Below are positions 49,780 to 62,732 of a stretch of 64,000 nt of DNA, one piece after another (positions within the stretch are counted from its first letter, which is position 1; the number at the start of each line of letters is the position of its first letter). The position numbers were made by a program, and so were the translations under genes. Source of the DNA: Cetorhinus maximus (Eukaryota); assembly GCF_964194155.1 (NCBI RefSeq), contig NC_135880.1, positions 114,452,001 to 114,516,000 of the forward strand, read 5' to 3'. The notes under the pieces are model-generated. The model did not search any database and had not been told where the DNA came from. It saw nothing but the letters and a program-made list of their open reading frames with translations.

Positions 49780-51937
49780 TGCACTGCAGCTGATACCTTT
49801 GCTGCATCATGTTCCGCCAACTCCTCCTCTGAGTTGTCTGAAGAAGCTCTGTGTTTTGTGCCTTGTTCCTCCTTCATGTCCAAACTTCGCAGTTGTGCAA
49901 CAGTCTGCAGAGCGCAGCACATCATGACCATTCTGAAGATTCTGGCTGGTGCATATTGAACAATGCCTCAAGGTCTGTCCAGATACCTGAAGTGCATCTT
50001 CAGCACACGAATGGCTTGGTAAATGACATATCTGGCTTTTATTGCATCATTCCGGGACCTCATTGGTTGGGTTCCTCATGTGTGGCAGCCACATTTTAAT
50101 TAGGTATCCCTTGGGGAGAATTTTCTCCCCGTTGGGGGCTGGGCAGGAGCGGACGGGGAGCGACTGTGAGCTGCCATGTTATGTGGGCGGGCCAATTAAG
50201 GCCCACCTAGCGTGACGAGCACCCGGAAGCGCTGAGCGCTCCCTGTGCGGGTGGGGGGAGTAGGCTGAGTCGGGGCCTGCGCTCTTTTGCGCATGCTCGC
50301 CTCAGGGAGATTAGTTTGATTTTAAAAAATTTAAATAAGAAAGAACAAATTTTTTAAGACATATCCCCCTCATGTGACAGCGTCACATTAGCTGCAACAT
50401 GTCTATGAATTTTATTAAAAGTTTTTACTGAAATTTAAAAACCTTCATGAAACCTCATCCCGCCCAATGGTTGAGGTTTCATGATAAATGCGAAGACCGT
50501 CTGGGCTCTTCACCTGTCCGCCAACCTTAAGGTTGGACGGGCAGCTCAGTTAAGTATTTTAATTGATATTTAAATGGCCTTAACAGGCCTTTGACAGTTT
50601 GGCGGGTGCGCAGCTAACTCTGTTGCGTGCCTGCCGAACTGAAGATCTGAATGACGCACGGTGATGTCGGGACGCATGCCCGACACCACCGCGTGTCATT
50701 TTACGCGTTGGTGAGCGGGGCCCGACCCCGCACGCCGACCCGAAGATTCTGGCCCTTGTCTTCAAGCTGTACAAAGAGATCAAGGAGGATGGACTGCCAT
50801 AGGACGAAACATCATGCCAGCTGTCCAGGAATCTTGCGCACACCTGCATAAGCATCTTTTTGTGGTTGCAGACCAGCTTCACGTTGATGGAGTGGAAACC
50901 CTTGTGGCTGATGGGGGAGCTGGAGATGCCTTAATTGCCACAAGCATGCAGTAGATGACACCCTGCACTTGTGAAAAGTCAGCTAGAATTGCAATCTCAG
51001 CGACTACTCATTCTGACTGGCAACATTAGTGGCAAAGGTGACATAATTGCCTGTCCTGGCAAAGAAACCATTATTCATCTGACTTATGCAGTTGAGAGCT
51101 GCTGACTGTAAGATCCTGCAAATGTCTTTGGCAAAGCCCTGGAAGGAGCCAGAGGAAAGGAAATTATTTGGGGGGACGACTTTGACATCCACTTTTAAAG
51201 TGTTGTCACCAGGCCCACTTCGAGCAGAACTTGTTCCAACAAGCTGCAAATGTCTGCTACCATCTGATACGTGACCCTGAGCCTCCTAAGACACTAGTGT
51301 TCTGACATGTCAAGGGAGCATATCTGCTGCTTGTACACGCTATGTTGCGGGCATGGCCTCTTATGAGTGGCACCTCTCTGCTCACGCCTCTTTCACATGG
51401 AGCAGCAGATTTGTGAAGAGTAGGCTGTTGCTGCTCCTGCTGGTGCTGTTCCTGTTGGTGCTCTTCCTGCTGATGCTACTGGTCATCCTAGTCCTCATCT
51501 GAGGTCCAAAGTCAAACAGAATAACTGGCATGTGTGCTGATCTGATAGATCAGTGCTCCAAAGTGAAGGTCAGATGTACAAATTTCCAAAGCTGTCAAAG
51601 TCTATCCGAAGTTGTAAAAATCACCATTAAAGTTATAAAAATAACTTCTCTTTTACGCAAACAGGCAAGAAATCAGTTGTGAGGTTTTAGTACTTGTTAT
51701 TGCATTTCCCTATCATGTCTTCAGCCCACTCAATTGCCAATATGCTCTTGCTTTACTTTCACTGGTGAGTTCCAGGCTGCCCTTCTCTCGAGAGGCTTGC
51801 TTGATTGCATCCTAACTTGCCGCAATTAAATGTGGGGATTGTAGAGTTGGACCCGTTTCCCCAATATGCCAGCTCGTTTTTAATCAACTGCCCCCGCATC
51901 CGCTCCCAAACCCACCTGCAAGTTAAAACATCCCCCC
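49780..51937 (-). pseudogene. Third, older Harbinger: transposase remnant and one terminus
   Basis: FLSSGSFQG..DICRI.QSA, KGFHSINVKLVCNH..VCARF, EDKGY (split by MITE), QYAPARIFRMVMMCCALQ. Terminus ttaaaacatccccc at 51937. Confidence 0.8.
50114..50755. mobile_element. Harbinger-type MITE, multi-hairpin family
   Basis: Termini gggagaatttt / aagattctggccc, TSD ttg. Confidence 0.92.
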
Positions 51938-52409
51938 TGAAGTGAGTCCACAAAGGCAGCAGGAGGAGTTCAAAACGAGGAAAGGTACAGATTGATGGGG
52001 TGAATTTGTCAGAGTGAATCTATCTTTCTATGATAAGTAATCAGCCAAGTGGGCTAGTATACACATGCTCATTTTTGTAATGGCATGTTGAATTGATCGT
52101 ACCAAGTAACTTTCAGTATACTAAGTGCACTGCATGTTTAATAGGAATGATAGTTTACAAACTGAACTAAATTATGCCTCATCTAATGTTAACTCAGCCT
52201 GTCTTTAGATTAAATGAGTACATGAGCTTAAGGTAGAACGATGGGATTCAGATTACTGTCATATTCCCGGTTCTGCATGGACAGATATAGTGCGGTTGGG
52301 GTCAATTTCCATAAAAAAAGCATGCAATCAACTACTTAAGGGAGAAACTGATACCACTGAAACCAAAGAGATACCTGTGGTACATAGCATGCAAATTATT
52401 TCCAAAATT

Positions 52410-52500
52410 TGATAAAAACAGAAAATTCAGGAGACACTTAGCATCTGTGCAGAGAGAAGTATAACAATTAATATTTCATGTTGATGATCTTTGTCAGAAC
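52410..52500 (-). mobile_element. Degenerate Penelope terminus
   Basis: aaaaacagaaaat..agcatctgtgcagagag..tttgtcagaac resembles 29362-29458. Confidence 0.5.
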
Positions 52501-52514
52501 CCTTTGAGAAAAAT

Positions 52515-52830
52515 CTCAGAGTCAGAAGGTTTATACTGTACTATGGGCTTAAGCACATAATCTAGGCTGGCACCTCAGCATAGTATTGCCATAGGAGGGA
52601 GTGCTGAATTGCTGGAGGTGCCTTTTTCTCTGCCAATATCCATCTGTTAGCCACACCATTATCAAAAACAGATTAATTGCTCATTCAGTTGCTGTTTGTG
52701 GGACCTTGCTGTGCTCAAAATGACTGTTGTGCATGTCTACATAACAAGAGAAGCAGTGATTCAAAAAAATCCACTGCTTGTAAAGTGCTTTCTGTTGTCC
52801 TGAGGTGTGATGAGATGCTATCTCTTATAA
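52515..52830 (+). mobile_element. Degenerate Deu-domain SINE
   Basis: gcacataatctaggctg..gagggagtgctg..gctgtttgtgggaccttgctgtgc, as in the other SINE copies. Confidence 0.65.
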
Positions 52831-53484
52831 AATAAAAACTCCTTTGTTCTTTAACTGCTCCTTATTTGGGACTTGCTGTTAAGCAAGAATAGCTTGGATG
52901 ACTCATTTTGCACCTTTCCTATCCCGTAGAATTAGGAACTTGCCACGTGGGGTAGCATAGGAGGGAACCTAATTCTTCCATGGCAAAATATTTACACTTT
53001 CTGCCAACTATATATACATTTAATTATACCAGAAGCCTGAGAACTTTCCCCTCCACCACGTCAGCTTCTTCTCGTCTACTTGGGGAACTCCCAAGGCAAT
53101 TTTGCTGCATATTGTTTGAAATTAGTCACAGACTTTACCAGCATTAAACATTTCTGTGTACTTGCATGGATTTTTTGACTAGTCTATCATAACTGTTGGC
53201 TTTTGAAAATATAATTTTACAACAAGTCACACATTTTCTCAGAGTAAGTGAGGATGTGGCAAAGTTGTGGAAAAACTATACACATTTCTGAAAGCTGGGC
53301 TAACAGTTCTTTACATACAAGTTTTAGGAGAATTTCTTGTTTCCCACAGACCTCACTGAGTCAGGACATGGGGGTGAATACTTATTATACTTCCCTGTAT
53401 ATTGTCTTCCTTGCATTGTACTTTGTCAAATTTTCCTCACAATGTTGTGTGTCTCTTGCAGTGGACTTGAGAAGCATTTTACAA

Positions 53485-53830
53485 AAACAACTTGCATTTA
53501 TATAGTGCCTTTAACATAGTAAAATGTCCCAAAGTACTTCACAAGAGAACAGTCAAACAAAAATTGCCATCAAGCAAAGAGGAGATATTGGAAAGGAGAC
53601 TACACACTTGATCAAAGAGGTCAATTTTAAGGAAAATCTTGAAACAAAAGAGAGAGGGGCAGGGTGTTTAAGGAGGGAATTCCTGAGCTTAGTCCAGGCT
53701 GCTGAAAATATGGTCTCCAAAAATGGGGCAAAGGAAATGGGGGATGCACAAAAGGGCAGAGTTGGAAGAATACAGGATACAGAGGGTTGGAGGAGTTTAC
53801 AGAGATAGGGAAATCACAGGAGGATTGAAA
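53485..53830 (-). mobile_element. L2-like LINE 3' end
   Basis: acaacttgcatttatatagtgcctttaac.. is the reverse complement of the tails at 59720-59870 and 63530-63960. Confidence 0.65.
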
Positions 53831-54495
53831 GCTTAATAAGAGAAAGGGATCACCTGACTAGGTCAGATCCTTCCAGCAGTTTGACACATTTCACTTCTCT
53901 AGCATGACTACTATTGTGGCCTTCAAATGAAGCATTGTACTCTGGAATATTTAGCAGACTTCAATACAATACAACCCCATGGGCATTTTCCTCCACTTCC
54001 CAACAATCTCCAGCTGACACATCTCCATTTTGTGCACTGTGCCCACTCTATGAACAAGGAGGGACAGAAAACCTGAGGGAAAACTGGTACTGGAAACTTA
54101 GGACAACTGCTAATGAAGGAGGAATAAAGCAAGGATATAGTGTAATAATCTAAATAGCAGCATCTGAAGCAAAATACAGGAAGCGCCATTGAAAAATCAT
54201 ATATTGCAAGCATCACACCCTGCACAAATTTTCAAAATTTGCCCTTCCAAACAAGAGGGGTTATAGTCAGAAAGGCATCCTCCTCCACATATTTCAATCA
54301 AGTCCTTGCATCCAGCCATTGTGGACAGCCATCCTGACTTTTCTCACAATCCCAGATGACCTACTGGAGCAAACATGGCTTGACAACTGAAGAGCAAGGG
54401 GCTGCTCCAATCAACAAACTAGTGTAACTCTCACAACTCGATATGAGGAAGTGCAATCCTCCTCTGAAGTGAAGCACAGTCCTTCCACAACAAAT

Positions 54496-57400
54496 CATTT
54501 TAAAAAGAGCGCGGAGAGCGAGGCGAGCTCATTTTAAAAAGAGTGCGGAGGGTAAGGGGAGTTCATTTTAAAATGCACGTGGAGAGCAGCTGATTGGTGA
54601 GTGGTAGGAATAGTGAGTATTTCTGGTCTTTAAAGTAAAATTAAGGTGTTTAGTTTTGTGTTTAGGTCTCTAGTCTTTATTTTTTCTTTCCTAAAAATAG
54701 CTTAAGTATAAGATTGATAATGGTGTAAAAATTAATTACAATAAATTGTAAAGAGCGGGGGATTCTTCAAGTGTAAAGAACAAGGGTACTAGAATAGCTA
54801 ATTAATAAATTAAATAAAATACAATAGTGAGGGGAGAACGGTTGATGTGTTGCTACGGCAGCATGTAGGAATTGCTGGACACAAACGTGATCCAGAGCGA
54901 ACACATCTGTAGTAAGTGTTTGCAGTTCGAGGAACTTCGGATCACAGCTGAGGAGCTGGAATCTGAGCTGCAGACATTGTGCCACTTCAGGGAGAGGGAA
55001 TGTTACCTGGACACTTTGCTCCAGGGGGCGGTCACACGCCTCAGAGTAGGTCATTCAAACTTGGACTGTGATCAGGGACAGGAGGGTGTGACTGCAGGCG
55101 AAGCAGGTATGGGGACCCAGGGGGTAGCGTTCGAGGAACCTCGGCCCCTGCAAATGTCCAACGGGCTGGTCAGATGGGCTGATCAGTGGCAAATGGAATT
55201 TAATCCAGATAAGTGTGAGGTGATGCATTTGGGCAGAACAAACAAGGCACGGGAATACACGATGAATGGTAGGACCCTGGGAAGTACCGAGGATCAGAGG
55301 GACCTTGGTGTGCATGCCCACCGGTCCCTTAAGGTAGCGGGACAGGTAGGTAAGGTGGTTAAGAAGGCATATGGGATACTTGCCTTTATTAGCTGAGGCA
55401 CAGAATATAAGAGCAGGGAGGTTATGCTGGAACTATAAAACACTGGTTAGGCCACAGCTAGAGTATTGCATGCAGTTCTGGAATCTGCATTAGAGGAAGG
55501 TTGCGATTACATTAGAGAGAGTGCAGAGGAGATTTACCAGGATGTTGCCTGGGCTGGAGAGTTTTAGTTATGAGGAGAGATTGGATAGACTAGGGTAAGT
55601 TGGGGGAGGAAATAAGAACGTAGTAGTGATAGGGGACAATATAATTAGGGGGATAGATACTGTTCTCTGCAGCCGTGAACGTGAGTCCAGAAGGCTATGT
55701 AGCCTGCCTTGGTGCCAGGGTTAAGGTCATCTCCTCAGGGCTGGAGAGGAATTTGGAGTGGGAGGGGAGTTGTCGTTGTTCATGTTGGTACCAATGACGT
55801 TGATAGGACTAGAAAGGAAGTTCTGCTGAAAGAATTTGAACAGTTAGGAGCTAAGTTAAAAAGCAGAACCTCCAAGGTAATAATCTCGGGATTACTACCT
55901 GAGCCACGGGGAAACTGGCAAAGGGTAAATAAAGTCAAGGAGTTAAATGTGTGGCTCAAAGATTGGTGTGGGAAGAATGGGTTTCAGTTCATGGGGCAAT
56001 GGCACCAATACTGGGGTAGAAGGGAGTTGTTCCGGTGGGAGGGTCTTCACTTGAAACCGTGCTGGGACCAGTGTCCTGGCGAATCGAATAACTAGGGCTG
56101 TAGAAAGGGCTTTAAACTAAATAGAGGGGGAGAGGGTTCTGGAGAGGGCATACATAGGCCTAAAAAGCAAAAGGATATGGCAGCTTTGCAGGGCAGCTAT
56201 TTAGGTAATGATACCTAGAGTGTGACAGGAGGGGACAGACTGTACAAACATAAAAAAAAGCAGCAAATAGGGTCTAAGGGGGAAAAATGATAAAAGGGCA
56301 AAATTAATGGCTCTTACTTACACACAGTATTCGGAACAAAGTAAAAGAATTAATGGCACAAATACAGGTTAACCATTACGGAGAGGTGGTTACAAGGAAA
56401 TCAAAGCTGGGAACTAATATTCAGGGGTATGAGACCTTTCGAAAGGGCAGGCAGGAAGGAAAGGATGGTGGGGTAGCTTTGTTAGTACGGGATGGAATCA
56501 GTACGATAGCAAGAAATGATCTTGGATCGGAAGATGTAGAACCATATGGGTGGAGGTAAGAAATAACAAGGGGAAGAAGGCACTGTTGGGAGTAGACTAC
56601 AGGCCCTCTAACAGTTGATTCTGGAAAAGTCCCAGAGGATTGGAAAACTGCCAATGTCACACCCTTATTCAAAAAGGGAGGAAGACAAAAAACAGGTAAC
56701 TATAGGCCAGTTAGCTTAACATCCGTCATTGGGAAAACGTTAGAATCTATTATAAAGGGTGTAATAGCAGAGCATTTAGAAATGCATAATATAATCAAGT
56801 GGAGTCAGCATGGCTTCATGAAGGGGGAATCATGCCTGACAAATTTATTAGAATTCTTTGAGGAGGTAACAAGCAGGATAGATAAAGGGGAACCAGTAGA
56901 TGTAATACACTTAGATTTCCAAAAGGCATTCGATAAGGTACCGCACGTAAGGCTACTTAAAAAGATAAGAGCCCATGGTGTTGGGGGTAGTATATTAGCA
57001 TGGATAGAAAATTGGCTGACTAATAGAAGACAGAGAGTTGGGATAAGGGGGGCATTTTCAGGATGGCAACCTGTAACAAGTAGAGTGCCACAGGGATCAG
57101 TGGGGCCACAATTATTTACAATACATTAACGACTTGGCTAACGGAAGTGAATGTACTATTGCCAAGTTTGCGGATGACACAAAAATAGGTGGGAAGGCAA
57201 GTGATGCAGATGACACAAAGAGTCTACAGAGGGAGGTAGACAGGTTAAGCGAGTGGGCAAAAACTTGGCAAATGTAATGTAGGCCTGAATTTTCCCGTCG
57301 GCGATTTGGAGGCGGGGCCCGCTTGCCGACGGGAAAATGACACGGGATGATGTCGGGAGGAACCCCCGACGTCATCCCGGTCCATTTAAATCTTTAGGAA

Positions 57401-58812
57401 GGCGGGCGGACAGTGAAATCAGCTGTCCGCCCGCCGACCTGTCAATGGCCAATTGAGGCCACTGACAGGGTAATTAAGATAATTAAAGACCCTGCCCGTC
57501 CAACCTTAAGGTTGGTGGGCAGGCCAGGAGCCCCGGCGGGCTTCTGATAATACATGAAACCTCATCCACCGGCGGGATGAGGTTTCATGTACGTTTTCAA
57601 AAACTTTAATAAATCTTATGTGATATTTATTAACATGTCCCATCTCATGTGACATTGTCACGAGGGGGACATGTTAATAATTTTTTTATTTTTCTATTTT
57701 TTAACTTTGTAACACTTTCATTGATCTCCCTGAGACAGCACTTAGTCTCAGGAAGCCGTGCGCATGCGCGAAAGAGCACACTTTGACAATTGAGGAATCC
57801 TCCCCCACCCACCCACCTCCCCGTACAGGAAGCGCATAGCACTTCCCATCGGGCAGGCCGCTGGGCAGGCCTTAATTGGCCCGCCCACTTAAAATGGCAG
57901 CAGGGCCTGCTTCGGTGGCAGAGTTCGGCTGCCCACCTGCCGCCGAGCCGGTGGGGCCCACCAGCCAACTGAGGGCAAAATTCTGTCCATAATGTGGGAA
58001 AATGTGAGGTTATGCACTTTGGCAGGAAGAATAGAGGAGCAGAATATTATTTAAATGGAGAAAGACTGCAGAAAGCTACGGCACAGGGGGATATGGGGGT
58101 CCTCATGCATGAATCACAAAAAGCTATCATACAAGTTCAGCAGGTAATAGGGAAGGCAAATGGAATGTTGGCCTTTATTTCAAAGGGAATGGAGTATAGT
58201 ATAAAAATAGGGAAGTCTTGCTAAAACTATACAAGGCACTAGTTAGACCACACCTAGAATACTGTGAACAGTTTTGGTCCCCTTACCTAAGGAAAGATAT
58301 ACTGGCATTGGAGGCAATCCAGAGAAGGTTCACTAGGCTGATCACGGGTATGGAGGGAATTTCTTATGAGGAGAGGTTGAGTAGGTTGGGCCTGTACTCT
58401 TTGGAGTTTAGAAGAATGAGAGGTGACCTTATTGAAACATATGAGATTCTTAGGTGGCTTGACAGGGTGGATGCTGAGAGGCTGTTTCCCTTTTTCAGAG
58501 AGTCTAGGACCAGAGGGCATAATCTCAGAGTATGGGGTGGCCCACTTAAGACAGAGATGAGGAGGAATTTTTTCTCTCAAAGAGTGGTGAAGCTGTGGAA
58601 TTCTTTACCGCAGAGGGCTGTCGAGGCTGGGTCATTAAGTATATTCAACATTGAGATAGGCAGATTTTTAATCAGTAAGGGAATCAAGGGCTATGGGGAA
58701 GAGGCAGGAAAGTGGAGTTGAGGATTATCAGATCAGCCTTGATCTCAATGAATGGCGCAGCAGACTCGATAGGCCAAATGGCCTACTTCTGCTTCTACGT
58801 CTTATGGTCTTA
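54496..58812 (+). mobile_element. CR1 LINE, 5'UTR to 3' tail with internal deletion; nested CR1 fragment (~55163-55593) and MITE
   Basis: 5'UTR tandem units, ORF1 HICSKCLQFEEL (zf-lz) and esterase VVHVGTND..IISGLLP, RT QHGFMKGESCLTNLLEFFE/LDFQKAFDKVPH/FADD, C-terminal VRPHLEYC..RRNFFSQRVV, tail tcttatggtcttat. Confidence 0.92.
57282..57988. mobile_element. Harbinger-type MITE, closest to the 13175 copy
   Basis: TIR ggcctgaatttt / aaaattctgtcc, TSD gta/ata, interrupts CR1 RT. Confidence 0.92.
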
Positions 58813-59169
58813 TATGGGACCTAAAACAATTGGAGCGAATGATGCTTGGTCTCTGCTTGCCAAGTGGTCTAGGGCCTGCATTGGACAGTCTACACAAAAA
58901 TGAAAAATTGCTCCCCCAGCATACCCACTGACCACAAAGGACAACCTCAACTAACCTGACCACGAGCAAGTGTGCCTCCTTCCCCATTCCCAGAAAGCAA
59001 AACAAACGGCTTCTACACTACTACTGACCTACACTACTCTAAATGTAAGGCTTCACATCCTAGAAACTTGGATCTGTCAGTGCAGTTCTCCTACATGCAT
59101 CACACAAGAAAAATGTATCCAGGCTTCATAACATTAACATTCTAAACTTACAAATAAATTCATTAACCA

Positions 59170-59420
59170 CATAGGCATAGGCTAGTTGGTCCATCAAGCC
59201 TTTTCTACCATTCAATTAGATCATGGCTGATCTGTACCTTAACTGCACTTAACCAGTTTTGTTTCCATATCCCTTAATACCCTTAACAAACAAAAATCTG
59301 GCAATCTTAGTTTTGAAAATTTCAATTGACCTAGTATCCACAGCCTTTTTGGAAAGAGATCCAGATTTCCACTACCCTTTGTGTAATGAAGTGCTTCCTG
59401 ACATCATCCATTCATATTTA
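59170..59420 (-). mobile_element. CR1 3' tail
   Basis: ccattcaattagatcatggctgatctg..ttccatatcccttaatacc, reverse complement of the CR1 tail type. Confidence 0.7.
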
Positions 59421-59714
59421 TGTTCATACATATGAATGTACACTTATGCACGATGCCTTCATAAAATACATATGTGAATGTACTATCTTGTAAACATAAT
59501 GAGGTGTATCTCTATGAAACTGATTATTGGTTCTTGGCATTCAATAATTTAATAGAGTCAAGTTATAGATATATATCCAACCTCTGTATTGTATAATGTA
59601 TGCAGAAATGTAGAAAATTTACAGCGCAGGAGGAGTTTGTTCGTCCCATTAGGTCGGAAAATATAAGCACCTTGATATCTGACTATAGCCATCTGCCATC
59701 TGCAATAATACGAT

Positions 59715-59872
59715 CCTCCTTAAAGCCTACCTTTTGACTAAGCTTTTGGTCACCTGCAATAATATCTCCCTTTGTGGCTCTGTGTCAAGTTTTGTCTGAT
59801 AACGCTCCTGTGAAATGTCTTGGGATATTTTACTGCATTAAAAGTGCCAAATAAATGCAAGTTGTTGTTGAT
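59715..59872 (+). mobile_element. L2-like 3' tail
   Basis: ctccttaaagcctaccttttgactaagcttttggtcacc..ataaatgcaagttgttgttg. Confidence 0.7.
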
Positions 59873-61999
59873 GATGTTTAGAACAAAATAATTTTACAAG
59901 GATTTTTTTTCTTTAGCACGAAGCTTCGCATCAGGATCATTGCTGTCTTAATTAAAGGTATTCTGAAAAAAGCCTATCCAACAAAAGCTGTTTCTTGAGT
60001 GCAATGAGACACTTTCTTGTATTGTTTTGAAAGTTAAGGCAAATGTACAACTATAAGGATAATTGATTATGTTATACAGAAATCTCACTGCTGAACAAGC
60101 AATAATGTTTGCAGCGGATAAGAAAGCAAGACATTCCTGCAGCAAGCAAATTCTATCTGCTTATGTGGCTCGGGTTACTAGGACAGTTTAAATTGTTGGG
60201 GATATAATGCCATTGGTGGCATTTTTATGTAAGTCACCCATAGCCTGGAGACCCAATAGCACTGACGACCTGAGTCTTGATGCTGTCAGCAGGAATCCAC
60301 TTACAACAAAATGTGTTTTTTCATATTTGATGCTTTTGCAATTCTCATGATAGGAACGTGACATCAGTACCTTAGCTCCCTTGCTTACATTGTAAAATCT
60401 ACTGCTGTATTCCAACAATTGAATGATGGGTTCAAGACAATCTGAGTCTACAAATAAGTTGGCAAGATAAGTGAGACAGTTTTATCAATGTTAACCTAGA
60501 GAGGCAATGCCCAAATTCATTCTCCAATGACCAAAACTGTAGAACTAATACATATGAAAGAATGAACTTAATTTCCTTCCTTATGGAAATTTAATTATCT
60601 TAATTTGGAATTGAAGCAGGAAGAAAATTAAATGGACAAGAATGGAGATAAAGGATCTTTGAGCACCATATTCTGGGTCTCCTTTTGTAACCACAAGTAA
60701 ACTGTAGAACCAAGTGACCTGCTAGAGATTAAATAATCCATTAATGAGGTTTATAAACCAATTGTCAATCTATATTAGTTTATACTTGAAAAAAAAGCAA
60801 CTCATGATTTTTATATCAAATCTCTTGATTTTTAAGAGCTTGCCTCCATATTTATAAGCCAGTAGGTTTATAATACTGTGTACTATCCAGTTTTTACGTA
60901 TATATTCCTCTAGTGGTACCAATTAGACACTCTCCATGTACTTGTTTTTGTGCCCAGCGCCAAATACCAGTTCCACAAGCAAACCCACACTTCCTATCAC
61001 ATTATGCAAAAAATAATTTGGGAGGTAGCATGCACTGAATACAATGTCATCCATTGTCAATGCTGGAAATAGTAATTGCAGATCTACCTTAATAATAGGC
61101 AAATTGCATTTTACAATAGATTATAAACTATGAATCAAGCTTATTAAGATGCAAGTTAAAGAAGTGTGATGGCAAATGCAACATATTTCACTCCAAGTTA
61201 CAGTAAAATAATCCTAGGTTTATCACCTAGTACATTAAAGCATTCAAAATAACAAAAACCTTAAATATTTAATATTCTCAGAAGGTGTAAGTGAGAGCAA
61301 GGTTAAAAGTGAAACTGGATCTTCATGGAGGATTTCCACTGTCTGCTAAAGTGGAGATTCACTCAAAGGCCTTGATACAGGGCAACTGTATTACCCTCTC
61401 TTTGCTTTAAATTCCAAAAGAGACAAAGGGATACTAAAAGACGTACTTCACAACCGTCAAAAAATTATGATTAAAGCAAATAAATTGATAACATTCACAA
61501 TTAATCAAAGCTAAAAAAACATTTCCAGCACAGAATGGTCCAGCAATCAAAATGGGTTTCCAAAATATCAAGGAAGCTGCTCAAGTATCACCACCTTCAA
61601 AACAAAGTGGTGCTGAGTACTCTGGCAGGCAACCATTTCTACTCAATCGAATTACAGAGTTGTGCAGCCAACTGCACATGCACCAGCGCTCTGAAAGATA
61701 TCTCTATTTAACCCCAAATCCTGTTTTCCCATCCCCCTTTAAATTTTTCTACTTTAGATATTTATCCATTGTTTGACAATGACAATGCCTGACATCATAA
61801 TAATGAAATTGACTAAATCTGAGCAGATCATAGCCAGGAGAAGCTTATCAATGATTTTCACCAACTGGGTGGGCTGTTATCAATCTATCTAAACATATGC
61901 AAGTCTTCTACCCATGAAGAGGCAGACTGCACACCAGCCAATGTTGTGGATTCTCTCCAACACTGAGAATACAAACAAGCAGAGAATTTTGCAGAAGAT

Positions 62000-62732
62000 A
62001 TTTTAATATCGACGTTTGGTAGTACAGAACTTGAGTATTCTGAAAAAAGAGACATGCGGTCAAAGCTTTTCGTCTTGCACTTATCGGGATAGCTTGCAAG
62101 AAATTACCACCAGTAAGGGGAGAACAACAATTTATGCTGCCATGAGAAGAGATTGCTGATTGGTTGGCAAGTGGACTCTGATTGGTGGAGGCATTTCCAT
62201 AGAGAATATCGCATGAAACAGTTAACTGCACAGCTTTGTTCAAATTTTAACCGGGCTAGTCAACTCTGATTGGTCAAAGCATTGCCCCGGGGAACGAACC
62301 AGGGAATGACTGTACCCTAAGCTTTTGTTTGGTTGAAAAAGGTGCAACGTGTGGACATGTACCTTCTGTTTGCAGAGGAAGGGGCCATTTGTGTGAATAT
62401 ATGTAGCTTCCAGCATGTGTAGGTGAGCCTACAAATCTAACTGACAATCTTAAATTGGTATGTTCGCATAGCTGAGCAATGTGCTATCTGAATTTCAGTG
62501 CCGTTGAGATGCCAATTATATAGGCCGTACATTCCAATGATTGGCGGATCATATTAAGCAGCATGTCCCTTTGGCTATTCGCAACAGGAAAAGTACTGAC
62601 CGTACTCAACCAGCCCATGCTTGCAAAACTCAAATTATAGTGTTCAACATTAGATGTAATTTCGTGAATGGACAACACCTGCTAAACAATCCTGATTGTG
62701 CTAAGAATGACTCTGAAAACCAATTTAAGATT
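62000..62732. mobile_element. Second Penelope-like family: GIY-YIG fragment with internal inversion
   Basis: Plus 62477-62732 reads EFQC..ANYIGRT..LADHIKQHVP..GQHLLNNP..NQFKI. Minus 62460-62000 continues QFKIV..HMLEATYIHTNGPFLCKQK..TLHLF and the 3' terminus. Confidence 0.75.

Noticed and set aside
59917-59957. 41-nt plus-strand exon-like segment (ctttAG..AAG|GTATTC)
   Set aside because: Weak donor, no partner exons, and expected by chance in 64 kb.
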